Shown here one piece after another: positions 34,137 through 44,233 of a DNA stretch of 64,000 nt. The DNA comes from an uncultured Flavobacteriales bacterium (GTDB taxonomy: Bacteria; Bacteroidota; Bacteroidia; Flavobacteriales_D; CAJJDF01). The DNA is taken from the NCBI GenBank assembly GCA_937129365.1, contig CAKZNB010000049.1:133498-197497 (forward strand), written 5' to 3'. The notes under the pieces were generated by a model, which was not told the origin of the DNA, searched no databases, and saw only the letters and a program-made list of their open reading frames with translations. The translations under genes and the position numbers were made by a program. Position 1 is the stretch's first letter. Each line of letters opens with the position of its first letter.

Positions 34137-36932
34137 ATGCAAAAACTGTTTACCCTACTATTTTCAATAATCACAGTTGCCTCTTTTTCCCAAATGGGAA
34201 GAGTAGGAGGAATTGTAATCGATAAATCTGAGCAAGAGCCGATAATTGGAGCTACTGTATTTATCAAAAGTACTTCTCTTAAAAAAGGGATGTCAACTAA
34301 CGAAAGAGGATTGTTTTTCTTTGATTCTATTCCTTACGGAGAATATACCATTGAAATATCAGCTGTAGGTTTCACCAAAATTGAAAAAAAAATAACAGTA
34401 GATGAACCAAGAAATTTTGTTGGTAAAACTGAAATGGAAGTTTCTACTACACAATTAAAAACTTTAAAAGTAGAAGAGAAACAACCTCTTGCAGTAATGA
34501 AAGGAGACACGACTGAATATAATTCGAGTGCTTATAAAACTAACAAAGATGCATCTGCTGGGGATTTGGTTGAAAAAATGCCAGGAATTACCAACAAGAA
34601 TGGACAAATAAATGCTCAAGGAGAACAAGTAAAACAAGTGTTAGTGGATGGTAAGCCTTATTTTGGGCAAGATCCAAAATCTGCGATGAGTAATATTCCT
34701 GCTGAGGTGGTTCAGAAAATACAAGTATTTGATGATGAAAGTGATGAGAGTAAAGCTACTGGATTGAAAGATGGAAATACTACAAAAACCATTAATATCA
34801 TTACAAAACCAGAATACAGAAATAGTAAATTTGGGAATGTGTATGCTGGATACGGAACTGATAACCGATACAATGCAGGAGGAAACTATAACATTTTTAA
34901 TGGAGATCAGCGTATGTCTTTTGTTGGGTTATTCAATAATGTGAATCAACAGAATTTCTCAAGTGAAGATTTGGTGGGAGTTACTGCTGGTTCTGGAAAA
35001 AGGAGATGGGGAAATAGGGGAGCAATACGAGCCAACTCCAATAGTTTTATTGTTCCTCAACAAAATGGAATCGCACAAACAGCTGCAGGTGGAATTAATT
35101 TTCAAGATACTTGGGGAAAGACAGAATTTATAGGGAGTTATTTTTACAATAACACTCAAACTGATGCTTTAGAAAACAAAGTGCAGACTTATTTTTCTAA
35201 CAGAGAAGATAATCAGCTGTATGAAGAAACAGACTCAAGCTATACACAAGACGCTAACAGGAAGCTTTCTATACAAGTAAAACATCAATTTAATAAGAAA
35301 AGTTCACTAACACTTAGAGCAAATGGAAGTATGCAAATTAACTATGGTGAGGCTTTTACCAAAGGATTGACCTCTTTTGGTTCTAGTTCAATTAATCAAT
35401 TATCCAGAGATTTCAATTCAGATTTATTGGGGTACAATTCTAACGCGAGGTTATTTTATAATTATAGGTTTAAGAAAAGAGGAAGGTCATTTTTTGTGAT
35501 GGCTACCAATCAGTTAAATGGGAGTGATGGAGTGAGTAATTTATTTTCTACTGAGAATGATTTTACAAACCCAATTGACACACTGAATCAACAATCTAAG
35601 TTAAATACCAGAACAAACTCTTATGGTGGAAAAATAAGATATACTGAGCCTGTTGGGAAAAGTGGAGGAGTGATGTTTGATGTGGATATGGAAAAAACAG
35701 AAGGAAAAACAGATAATATTGCCAATAGTTTTTCGGTTTCTGATGATGATTATACCTTTTTGATGCCACAGTTTTCTTCGCAATTTACCTCTGATAATTT
35801 TACTCAAGGGTATTCTTTTGGATATAGGTTTTTTAGTAAAAAGGTGTTCTCTTTTATAAGAGCCAAATATCAAGTGACTGATTTAAAAACAAATAGTGTG
35901 TTTCCTGCTGCAGCAAATACGCAAAACACATTTCAAGCAATTTTGCCATTTGGGATGATAAAGTATACAATTTCCAGAAGTAAACATGTGTTTTTTATGT
36001 ACCGAACTTCTACGGATGATCCAAGTGTAAATCAATTACAGAATTTTTTAGATAATTCCAATCCGTTGCAATTACAGATAGGAAATGATGATTTGGCTCA
36101 GAATTATACGCATAGATTAATGACGAGATATATCTCTACTAATACAAAAAAAGCAACCACTTTTTTTATAATGGGGAGTTATAGTTTTTCTAATAATTAC
36201 ATTAGCTCAACAGCTGACTTTTATAGGAATGATACAACTATCAATGGAGTATTTCTTGAAAAAGGAAAGATATTGAATAGCTATGCAAACCTTTCTGGTT
36301 TTCAAAGTTTAAGACTGTATACTTCTTACGGAATGCCAATTAAATTTTTGAAAAGTAACCTGAATCTTGATGGAGGAGTTTCCTATAACCGAACTCCATC
36401 TTTAGTAAATAATGAAAAAATATTAGCTAACTCAACTGAGTATGAGGCAGGAGCTGTGGTGAGTAGTAACATTAGCGAGAATGTAGATTTTACTTTGTCA
36501 GGAAGAGCTACTGTCAATTCTATTTCTAATCAAAATGGAGATGGAAACTCTATGTTCTTGAATCAAGAATACAAAGCAAAGATTACCTTAACAATGCCCG
36601 ATAGATTTATTTTTAGAACACAAGCAAGTTATCAAATGAATTCTGGATTTAGTGATGCATTAGGAGTTAATTTTTTGATGTGGAATGCTTCCATAGCAAA
36701 GAAAATTTTTAAAAGTAAGAAAGGTGAAATTAGCTTAGGAGTGTATGATGTGTTGAATCAAAATGACCAATTGAGTGTGACTACTAGTAACACCTATGTG
36801 GAGCAATTGAGATCTCGTTCTTTGCAGAGATATGCATTATTGACTTTCCGTTATACGTTCAGACAATTTAAGAAAGCCAAAAAAGATCCTATGGATCAGT
36901 TTTACAGAAGAGGAGGAAAACCTAGACGATAA
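34137..36932 (+). CDS. Outer-membrane beta-barrel protein with N-terminal carboxypeptidase-regulatory-like domain (TonB-dependent-receptor-like, OMP_b-brl_3 type)
   Basis: 931 aa. Signal peptide, CarbopepD_reg-like GIVIDKSEQEPIIGATVFI..GEYTIEISAVGF, plug-like region, long barrel ending ..LTFRYTF. Confidence 0.8.
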   Translation: MQKLFTLLFSIITVASFSQMGRVGGIVIDKSEQEPIIGATVFIKSTSLKKGMSTNERGLFFFDSIPYGEYTIEISAVGFTKIEKKITVDEPRNFVGKTEMEVSTTQLKTLKVEEKQPLAVMKGDTTEYNSSAYKTNKDASAGDLVEKMPGITNKNGQINAQGEQVKQVLVDGKPYFGQDPKSAMSNIPAEVVQKIQVFDDESDESKATGLKDGNTTKTINIITKPEYRNSKFGNVYAGYGTDNRYNAGGNYNIFNGDQRMSFVGLFNNVNQQNFSSEDLVGVTAGSGKRRWGNRGAIRANSNSFIVPQQNGIAQTAAGGINFQDTWGKTEFIGSYFYNNTQTDALENKVQTYFSNREDNQLYEETDSSYTQDANRKLSIQVKHQFNKKSSLTLRANGSMQINYGEAFTKGLTSFGSSSINQLSRDFNSDLLGYNSNARLFYNYRFKKRGRSFFVMATNQLNGSDGVSNLFSTENDFTNPIDTLNQQSKLNTRTNSYGGKIRYTEPVGKSGGVMFDVDMEKTEGKTDNIANSFSVSDDDYTFLMPQFSSQFTSDNFTQGYSFGYRFFSKKVFSFIRAKYQVTDLKTNSVFPAAANTQNTFQAILPFGMIKYTISRSKHVFFMYRTSTDDPSVNQLQNFLDNSNPLQLQIGNDDLAQNYTHRLMTRYISTNTKKATTFFIMGSYSFSNNYISSTADFYRNDTTINGVFLEKGKILNSYANLSGFQSLRLYTSYGMPIKFLKSNLNLDGGVSYNRTPSLVNNEKILANSTEYEAGAVVSSNISENVDFTLSGRATVNSISNQNGDGNSMFLNQEYKAKITLTMPDRFIFRTQASYQMNSGFSDALGVNFLMWNASIAKKIFKSKKGEISLGVYDVLNQNDQLSVTTSNTYVEQLRSRSLQRYALLTFRYTFRQFKKAKKDPMDQFYRRGGKPRR

Positions 36933-37010
36933 TTGTAAAGTCTGTTATTTTATAGATTAAGATTGATTTGAATAATTAAATTATTTACCTTTGTGTAAAG
37001 AAATTTTACA

Positions 37011-37220
37011 ATGAAATTAGCACTTATAGCCATAGCACTTTTGGGATTAGGAATAGCAGGAATGGCTATTAAAATGTTTTTTAATAAAGGATATTTGGAG
37101 AAATCTTGTGCTAGTGCAAGCCGAATGTTTGATGAAGAAGGGGATGGAAGCTGCCAGTTTTGTGGAGCTACCGAAGACGAAAAGTGTAAAGCAGAGGATA
37201 TGCCTACCCCGGTGAAATAA
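37011..37220 (+). CDS. Small membrane-anchored Cys-rich protein (hypothetical)
   Basis: 69 aa. N-terminal TM helix, C-x15-CxxC-x7-C pattern. Competes with antisense ORF 37047..37250, which lacks such features. Confidence 0.45.
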   Translation: MKLALIAIALLGLGIAGMAIKMFFNKGYLEKSCASASRMFDEEGDGSCQFCGATEDEKCKAEDMPTPVK

Positions 37221-37968
37221 TTTGTTGAGGTATTGGCTCAATAACTTCAATGGTATCTTCTAGGAATTCTTCCTGTGGAATTTCAAACCCTACAAAAAGT
37301 ATATAAAGTCCCACTCCTAACATAATTAGCCCTATGCTAATTCCGATTATTTGTAAAACTTTTGGTTTTATGTATTGTTGTAATTTACTGGCAAAGTAAA
37401 TTTTTAATACATCTACAGCGAACATCATACCTAGTGTTGCACTAAAGAAAATGATGATTCCTTGATTGTCAAGGTGTAATTTTTTGATACTAGAGGTACA
37501 TACAACTATCCAAAATACAAGTACTGAAGGATTTAGAGAATTAAGAGCTATTCCTTTCATCAAGTTTCCAATGTAATTCACTTTTATCTCATCAGGGATA
37601 TTTAGGGATTCGAGGTTATCGAGTATTTCATCTTCTTTGTCTTCCTCACATTCTTCATCACAATTATTAAAATCTACTTTTGGTGGTTTAAGATTTTTTA
37701 TAATCGAAAATATCCCAAAAATGATGAAAATAGCTCCAAAAATATAGTTTATCCAAGTGTATTTATTTAAGTATTCAAGTGCTTTGGATGCACTGAAAAG
37801 GGCTAAGAATAAATAGATTAAATCACTTAGCAGAACACCAACTTCCATTAGCATGGCAGCTTTAAATCCTTTTCTGAGACTAGTATTTATTAGCTCAAAA
37901 AAAACTGGGCCTAGTGAGAAACTAAGAACAAATCCTAAAATAAGTGCTGTGGTAATTATATCAAACAT
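37204..37968 (-). CDS. LysE-family amino-acid/metabolite exporter with acidic loop insertion
   Basis: 254 aa. LysE-type helices. Unusual CDEECEEDKEDE loop. 8-nt overlap with the GH3 gene upstream. Confidence 0.7.
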   Translation of the reverse strand: MFDIITTALILGFVLSFSLGPVFFELINTSLRKGFKAAMLMEVGVLLSDLIYLFLALFSASKALEYLNKYTWINYIFGAIFIIFGIFSIIKNLKPPKVDFNNCDEECEEDKEDEILDNLESLNIPDEIKVNYIGNLMKGIALNSLNPSVLVFWIVVCTSSIKKLHLDNQGIIIFFSATLGMMFAVDVLKIYFASKLQQYIKPKVLQIIGISIGLIMLGVGLYILFVGFEIPQEEFLEDTIEVIEPIPQQIISPG

Positions 37969-39493
37969 CCCCTAAATTTAGAAAATTTTCCCATTTCTTG
38001 TGGAGTTCTCCTTTAATAACTCTTGGAAATTTAATTTGTGCTCCTTTTTTACCAATATAATCAAGAAACCCATAAAATTTATTGGTTGGAATATGTTCTA
38101 TAAATACTTCCTTTAATGCTGAAGTTCTTTCAGTAGCATAATCATCATTCAATTTACATAAGTGAGTATCTAGTATTTGTTTGAATTTTTCTTTATCAAA
38201 TGTATCGTCTGAGCCTACATACCATTTGTGAGCAAATAAATTTTCATAAGCAAAAGCTGTTACCGTAAATTCCGGAATTTTTATTTCCATTTCACTGCAA
38301 GTAAGTTCCAGAGCTTTATTCATGTTATCCACAGATAAATGTTCTCCGCAAATTGTTAAATAATGCTTGGTTCTGCCAGTGATAATAATTTCGCAATTTT
38401 CTTTATCTATAAATTGAATAGTGTCTCCCAAAATATATCTCCATGAACCTGAGCAAGTTGACAATACAATAGCGTAATTGGTATTTTCTTTTACTTTATC
38501 AACTGTAATTATTTCAGGATAACTTACTAGCTCTCCATCTTGATTAAAATTATCATCGTTAAAAGGAATAAACTCAAAGAAAATCCCATTATTGAGCATC
38601 AATTTGAGGGGAGTTTCTTGACCATAACTAATTGCCATAAAACCCTCTGATGCTAGGTAGGTTTCCATGTATTCAATTTTTTTGCTTAGTAGTTTTTCAA
38701 AATTCTCTTTGTAAGGCCCAAAAGCAACACCGCCATGAACAAGCACCCTAAATTCTGGCCATATATCATGGATAGAATTAAGGTTATACCGTTCTATTAT
38801 TTTCTCTAATAAAATCTGAATCCAAGAAGGAATGCCGGCAATAATCCCAATATTCCAATTTGGGGCTTGTTCCACCATTTTTTCAATTTTCAAATCCCAA
38901 TCTGTAATGTCTGTAATTTCCTTTTCGGGCTTGTAGACTACATTCATAAAACCCGGCAGATTTGCATTTATGATTCCACTTAAATCTCCTTCTTTTCGTT
39001 TGTCAATTTTTGTAAGAGAAGTTGAACCTCCTACGCCCAATATACTTGTGTCAAAAAATTCTTTTGGGAAATCGAAGTTATTTAAATTTTGAATTTGTCT
39101 CAAACTAGCTCTTCTTATTTTTCTTAATAGTGAGCGAGAAACAGGAAGGTATTTACTTGGACTACCAGAAGTTCCAGAGCTAAGAGCAAATTTATTTATT
39201 ACTCCAGGCCATGCTACATCTTCTTTGCCTTCAAGGGTTTTGTTCCACCATTTGTCAAACATCGAATCGTAATCGTGTATAGGTACAAAACGCTGGTAGG
39301 TTACCAAAGGATCATCTGAGGCTAAAATTTTATTAAATCTGTAGGATTTACCAAATTCGGTGTCTTTTGCTCTTCTAAGCAATCGTTTTAAAGCTCTTCG
39401 CTGAAGTTGGATAGGAGATTTATTCTCTTTCCTTGTACCAATTTTATTGGTTCGTTTAAGTACGTTTTGTAATATATTTCCTTTTACAGCCAA
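37961..39493 (-). CDS. GH3-family acyl-acid amido synthetase-like protein (GH3 auxin-responsive promoter family)
   Basis: 510 aa, TTG start (an in-frame TAG lies immediately upstream). ALSSGTSGSPSKYLP adenylation motif. Family-typical N-terminus ..QRRALKRLLRRAKDTEFG. Confidence 0.85.
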   Translation of the reverse strand: MAVKGNILQNVLKRTNKIGTRKENKSPIQLQRRALKRLLRRAKDTEFGKSYRFNKILASDDPLVTYQRFVPIHDYDSMFDKWWNKTLEGKEDVAWPGVINKFALSSGTSGSPSKYLPVSRSLLRKIRRASLRQIQNLNNFDFPKEFFDTSILGVGGSTSLTKIDKRKEGDLSGIINANLPGFMNVVYKPEKEITDITDWDLKIEKMVEQAPNWNIGIIAGIPSWIQILLEKIIERYNLNSIHDIWPEFRVLVHGGVAFGPYKENFEKLLSKKIEYMETYLASEGFMAISYGQETPLKLMLNNGIFFEFIPFNDDNFNQDGELVSYPEIITVDKVKENTNYAIVLSTCSGSWRYILGDTIQFIDKENCEIIITGRTKHYLTICGEHLSVDNMNKALELTCSEMEIKIPEFTVTAFAYENLFAHKWYVGSDDTFDKEKFKQILDTHLCKLNDDYATERTSALKEVFIEHIPTNKFYGFLDYIGKKGAQIKFPRVIKGELHKKWENFLNLGDV

Positions 39494-39565
39494 CTATGAA
39501 TTTAATAATGGTTTGTTAAATATACCATTACCATATCAAAAATCAAATCTCTTATTTAATTAAAA

Positions 39566-39603
39566 CAAAAAAATAGCCCTTTCAACTGAAAGGGCTATTT
39601 TAA
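39566..39603 (-). terminator. Intrinsic terminator after the 187-aa gene (structurally bidirectional)
   Basis: ATAGCCCTTTC-AACT-GAAAGGGCTAT, an 11-bp perfect stem flanked by A7 and T4. Confidence 0.8.
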
Positions 39604-39607
39604 AAAT

Positions 39608-40171
39608 TTATTTAGTGGGTTCTTTACCCCCATCAAGATAATCTTGTAAGTTTTTTAATTCATTCCATTTTCCTTCATATGCAAGCAAAGCCTGCTTAGA
39701 CCAAGTATCAGGTTTATGAAGAAGAAATCGATCTCCTCCATTTTTTAAAATAGTTTGTAGTCTAGAAACAGGAGCTTTAGCCAACTGATTCCAGGTTGAA
39801 ATGCCATCTTTGTTTAATAATTCTTCAATTTTAGGACCTATTCCTTCTACTATTTTCAAATCATTTTCTTTAATGGTTTTTCCTAAAGCAAGTTTTGCAT
39901 TATTGCTATCAAAGTTAGATTCAAAACTACTAGTCATAGGTTCTTCTGCGATTCGTGAGGAAGGCATGTGCGTAGATTGAATTTTTGTGGCTGTAGTATT
40001 GTTAAGTTGTCTTTTAAGCTCTTCATTTGATTTGTAGCAAGCGTCCAATGATTTTTTCATTGTTGCAAGTTTCATGCTTTTCATTAATCTTCCAATCAAA
40101 AATCCTAGAAGTGCGGCAATGATTAATGCTAAAAGGACATAAAATAAATCAGTGTAAAATCTCTCTGGCAT
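39608..40171 (-). CDS. Membrane-anchored protein with C-terminal helix-hairpin-helix-like domain (hypothetical)
   Basis: 187 aa. N-terminal TM helix, coiled segment, C-terminal LKIVEGIGPKIEELLNKDGI HhH-like motif. Confidence 0.55.
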   Translation of the reverse strand: MPERFYTDLFYVLLALIIAALLGFLIGRLMKSMKLATMKKSLDACYKSNEELKRQLNNTTATKIQSTHMPSSRIAEEPMTSSFESNFDSNNAKLALGKTIKENDLKIVEGIGPKIEELLNKDGISTWNQLAKAPVSRLQTILKNGGDRFLLHKPDTWSKQALLAYEGKWNELKNLQDYLDGGKEPTK

Positions 40172-40177
40172 GGCTTA

Positions 40178-41149
40178 TTATTTAATTAAACTGAATATTA
40201 CCTTTCTGTTTCTTGCTTTATCCAAATCATCAGATTGAGGCGATTGCGAAGATGAACCTTTGGTTCTTAAATTTCTCGGATTCATTTTGTGCTCTTTGAT
40301 TAGGTATCTTTTTACCATTTCAGCTTTTTCTCTTCCTACGCTCTTGATATCATAATCAGCATCACTATATCCTTTAATCTCGATAATTCCTTCAGGATTT
40401 TGTTTAAAATACTTAGTAAGATATTTAAAATATCTCTCCATTTCGCTAGTTGTGTTAACATAATCAGAGTTTGGAGCATAATACATAGTGTATTTTCTTT
40501 TTACTTTTCTAAGTACAGCAGCATCTACATTTGAATGATTAGTTTCAGTTGCGGAAGTCACTGGTTCTTCAATTGGTTCAATAGTCTCTACAATAATTTC
40601 TGTTGTGTCTTCATCAATGAGTTCAGGAGAAACTATTGAATAACTTAAAGCACCTATTGTGGTATTATCCTCTGTATACAATTCCTGAACTTCTTGAGAG
40701 CTTGTGGTGATTTTTTCACTATTTACACCATAATTTGTTATTAAAAAACTCTTTAGAGATTCAGATCTTTCTAAAGCAATTTTTGAATTACTTGGTTCAG
40801 ATTTAGAAAATAGTCCTTCAATGTTTAAAGTTTTTTGATCATTATTGTTCAAGAATTCAGCCAACTTAGCAAAATCACTAGAAAAAGAATCGGGAACAGT
40901 TATTTCACTTTTTCCTCTAGAAAAACTTATATTTTGATTATTTGAGATAGAAAAAGATTCGCCATCACTTATTGTGAATAGTGGCTTTTCCATTTTTATA
41001 AGGATTGGGTCAATTGTATCTTGGATTTCAGTAATTGGTTCGCAATCTCCACAATTTTTTCTAATCTTACATACGTACCAATAACTGTTTCCGGCAATCC
41101 AACCAATAAGAAGGAATATTAATAGAAATATAATGCCTCTCTTACCCAT
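40178..41149 (-). CDS. OmpA-family peptidoglycan-binding protein, membrane anchored
   Basis: 323 aa. N-terminal TM. C-terminal OmpA_C-like IEIKGYSD...ARNRKVIFSLIK. A second degenerate OmpA-like repeat lies mid-protein. Confidence 0.7.
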   Translation of the reverse strand: MGKRGIIFLLIFLLIGWIAGNSYWYVCKIRKNCGDCEPITEIQDTIDPILIKMEKPLFTISDGESFSISNNQNISFSRGKSEITVPDSFSSDFAKLAEFLNNNDQKTLNIEGLFSKSEPSNSKIALERSESLKSFLITNYGVNSEKITTSSQEVQELYTEDNTTIGALSYSIVSPELIDEDTTEIIVETIEPIEEPVTSATETNHSNVDAAVLRKVKRKYTMYYAPNSDYVNTTSEMERYFKYLTKYFKQNPEGIIEIKGYSDADYDIKSVGREKAEMVKRYLIKEHKMNPRNLRTKGSSSQSPQSDDLDKARNRKVIFSLIK

Positions 41150-41249
41150 AACTTTTTTCTTATTTTACATAGCAATATTAATTTAGTATTACTGATAATG
41201 CAAGATTTTTATATATTACACCAACGAATTACCTTTATTGTTTATTAAA

Positions 41250-42674
41250 ATGCAATTTATGCAGAAATCAATTACTTTTTTTCAGGCTCTTATTCCCGTT
41301 TTGGTTTTAATGTCTTTGCTTGCTTTCAATATTTTTGTCAAAAAAGGAGAATGGTTAGGAGATTACTCCAATCAGTATATTTTGCTTTTTTCTGGTTTTG
41401 TAGCTTTTGTTATTGGATTGATTTACAAAGTTCGTTTGCGAAAAATATGGGCAGAAGTTTACGAAAATCTCAAGAGTGTTTTTATCCCAATTATTATCTT
41501 GGCATTGGTAGGAGCATTAACTGGAGCTTGGCTTATTAGTGGAATTATCCCAGCAATGGTGTACTATGGATTAAACATTTTGAGTCCAGAAATTTTTCTT
41601 CCAGCATCAGTCATTATTTCGGCAATTTTATCGCTTGCAACAGGAAGTTCTTGGACTACCACAGCCACAGTTGGTATTGCATTAATTGGAATAGGAACTG
41701 CTATGGGTATTTCAGCAGGAATGATTGCAGGAGCAGTAATTTCTGGAGCTTATTTTGGGGATAAATTATCTCCATTGAGTGACACCACAAACCTTGCACC
41801 CGCAATGGCTGGAACAGATTTGTATACTCATATAAAATATATGACTTATACTACAGTGCCAAGCATTGTAGTTACACTTATTGTGTTTTCAATTTTGAGT
41901 TTTACAATAGAAACAAAAGGAGATGCAGATATTGATTCTATATTGAATTCTATTGGTAGTTATTTTACTATTACTCCTTGGTTATTTATGGTTCCTAGTG
42001 TGGTTGTATTGTTAATTTTATTAAAAGTAAAACCAATTTTAGCTCTATTTTCTGGAGTTGCATTAGCTATGGTTTTTGCTTATTTTTTTCAACCTCAAAT
42101 GATAACTAATAATTTAGAGAGTGAAGGTTGGTTAGGTTTTTTAGGAGAAACATTATTTCTTGAAAATAGCATTGAAACTAAAAGTGATTTGTTGAATGAA
42201 TTGTTTGTTTCTAAGGGAGTTGTTGGGATGATTTCTACGATCCTGTTGATTTTATCTGCCATGATTTTTGGAGGAATAATGGATGGAGTAGGAGCTTTAT
42301 CCAAAATTACTGAAGTATTATTAAAAGGAGCTAAAACAGTATTTGGATTATTTACAAGTACCGTGTTAAGTTGCTTGGGATTAAATGCAATCGCATCCGA
42401 TCAATATTTGGCAATTGTAATTCCTGGACGTATGTACCGAAAAGCTTATGCGGATAGAGGCCTAGCCCCAGAAAATTTGAGTAGAACATTGGAAGATTCT
42501 GGAACTGTAACCTCAGTGCTTATTCCTTGGAATACCTGTGGAGCTTACCAATCGAGTGTACTTGGGGTAGGAGTTGCAGAATATTTTTTCTTTGCAATTT
42601 TTAATTGGATAAGCCCAATTGTAACGCTTGTTTTTGCCTATTTTATTATAAAAATTAGAAAATTGGTAACTTAA
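41250..42674 (+). CDS. nhaC: Na+/H+ antiporter NhaC family
   Basis: The track ORF starts at TTG 41238. The first ATG is 41250 and the next is 41259. About 12 TM helices with NhaC-type motifs (GSSWTTTATVGIAL, SPLSDTTN). Confidence 0.88.
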   Translation: MQFMQKSITFFQALIPVLVLMSLLAFNIFVKKGEWLGDYSNQYILLFSGFVAFVIGLIYKVRLRKIWAEVYENLKSVFIPIIILALVGALTGAWLISGIIPAMVYYGLNILSPEIFLPASVIISAILSLATGSSWTTTATVGIALIGIGTAMGISAGMIAGAVISGAYFGDKLSPLSDTTNLAPAMAGTDLYTHIKYMTYTTVPSIVVTLIVFSILSFTIETKGDADIDSILNSIGSYFTITPWLFMVPSVVVLLILLKVKPILALFSGVALAMVFAYFFQPQMITNNLESEGWLGFLGETLFLENSIETKSDLLNELFVSKGVVGMISTILLILSAMIFGGIMDGVGALSKITEVLLKGAKTVFGLFTSTVLSCLGLNAIASDQYLAIVIPGRMYRKAYADRGLAPENLSRTLEDSGTVTSVLIPWNTCGAYQSSVLGVGVAEYFFFAIFNWISPIVTLVFAYFIIKIRKLVT

Positions 42675-44230
42675 TCTACCAAATAAAAACTCTTAGCATT
42701 TCTTCCTTTTCCAATTCTTATCGCTTTATTAAAGTTGAAAAAATTATACTCTTCAAGTCCGCCATTTTCATATTCTGCCCAAATGTACTCATCAGAAGCT
42801 GAATACATAAAATACTCATAAGTAATCCCTTCCTTCTCAGCTATCTGCCCTTTTTTTATGGCTTCTCTTGCATGTTTGTATTCATTTTGAGTACAAGTTA
42901 GTTTTACTCCTTTGTTGTTTTCAAAAAGCAAGATAAATTCATAGTTATTATCTGCTCTATTTTTATAAGAATAAGCCCCAAATACAAAAGGTTGTCCATT
43001 TTTATAAGTAAAACGAAAACTCTCATATCCATTTTTCATTTCGTCAATAAGTGTGTCATCTTCATTGTATAAAAACATCACACCGTTTTTAATACAGTAA
43101 TTCCATTGGGCTAAAGTGTCTTTAAATTCAATGTTAGAGGTAGAGTAGGCTTTGCTTGCAGTAAAATAAAGCGATTCTTTTTTTAGCTTGTTTCCATTGA
43201 GCGATTGATAGTAGTTTGAATAAAATCCGCCAATAGAATTTTTGAATTTTACCATCTCCATAAATACAGAATTTGTAACCCATAATGTGTCTCCTTCTCT
43301 ATATAAATAGAAATTTGAAGCTATTGGATAATTAGTCAGAAATTTATCTTTTTCACCCTTAAATTCCATTGTAGTAAAATTGATTTTAGCAGGATTAAAT
43401 TCTTGATATTGAACATACGCAGTGTCATATTTTAGCTGAATTTTTCCATACACTTTGTGAGTATAATTAGATACTAAAGGAAAAGAAGCGTCAAAAGTAG
43501 AATGAGAAAATAAGGTGTAAAAGTCTCCTTTTTGTTGCAAAAATAAATGTCCAAATGGAGATGAATTTTTATTTAATAAATTTATCTGTCTACCATTTCT
43601 AGAAAATTTTCCCACAAAGTAATTATAAGAAATAGCTGATTTATATTCAGCTATTCTAGATTTTAATTCTTCATTTAATTGCTCCCTTCGCTCTTTATTT
43701 CTAATGTTTTTATAAATTGAATCGATCATCAAAATACTATCTGTAAACAATAAATCTCGCTGAGATTGCAGAAAGGATTGTGAATAAATTACCGAATCAA
43801 ACCCATAAAAAAAAGCATACGAATTATTATCAAAAACTCCCTGTGGAGTATTGTTGAAGCGTACCATGTTATTGTCTTCGTTTAAAAAACGATAAAAACA
43901 AGTATCCGAATAATCCTCGTTAGTAATAACAAAACTAGTATCAGTTATAAGCTCATAATCGCACTCAATTGTTTTTGAGTTTTGATCCGAATTAAGAAAA
44001 ATCTTTAGGTTTTTTAATTCCTCTTTTTCATAGCTGAAAGTTACTCTGCACTCAGAATCTGATTCAAAAAAAATAGTACCACATTCTCTTGTTCTTAAAT
44101 CAAATAATGAAAGTGTTTTTCCAATTATTTTTTTGTTTTGTTTTCTAACTTTTATGGTGCCATTTGTGAGTTGAGTATTTCCTAAAAACACAACAAGAAT
44201 AAAAAATATTGAAAATAAATATCTAACCAT
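42671..44230 (-). CDS. Hypothetical secreted protein (last gene of the ECF-sigma operon)
   Basis: 519 aa. Signal peptide followed by GTIKVRKQNKK. No recognisable domain. 3-nt gap to the upstream gene. Confidence 0.6.
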   Translation of the reverse strand: MVRYLFSIFFILVVFLGNTQLTNGTIKVRKQNKKIIGKTLSLFDLRTRECGTIFFESDSECRVTFSYEKEELKNLKIFLNSDQNSKTIECDYELITDTSFVITNEDYSDTCFYRFLNEDNNMVRFNNTPQGVFDNNSYAFFYGFDSVIYSQSFLQSQRDLLFTDSILMIDSIYKNIRNKERREQLNEELKSRIAEYKSAISYNYFVGKFSRNGRQINLLNKNSSPFGHLFLQQKGDFYTLFSHSTFDASFPLVSNYTHKVYGKIQLKYDTAYVQYQEFNPAKINFTTMEFKGEKDKFLTNYPIASNFYLYREGDTLWVTNSVFMEMVKFKNSIGGFYSNYYQSLNGNKLKKESLYFTASKAYSTSNIEFKDTLAQWNYCIKNGVMFLYNEDDTLIDEMKNGYESFRFTYKNGQPFVFGAYSYKNRADNNYEFILLFENNKGVKLTCTQNEYKHAREAIKKGQIAEKEGITYEYFMYSASDEYIWAEYENGGLEEYNFFNFNKAIRIGKGRNAKSFYLVD

Positions 44231-44233
44231 TAG

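Noticed and set aside
37047-37250. 67-aa minus-strand ORF overlapping 37011..37220.
   Set aside because: The plus-strand reading has a clean TM helix and a Cys pattern. The minus-strand reading has neither and would overlap the LysE gene's 3' end in the same direction. This region remains the least certain CDS choice.
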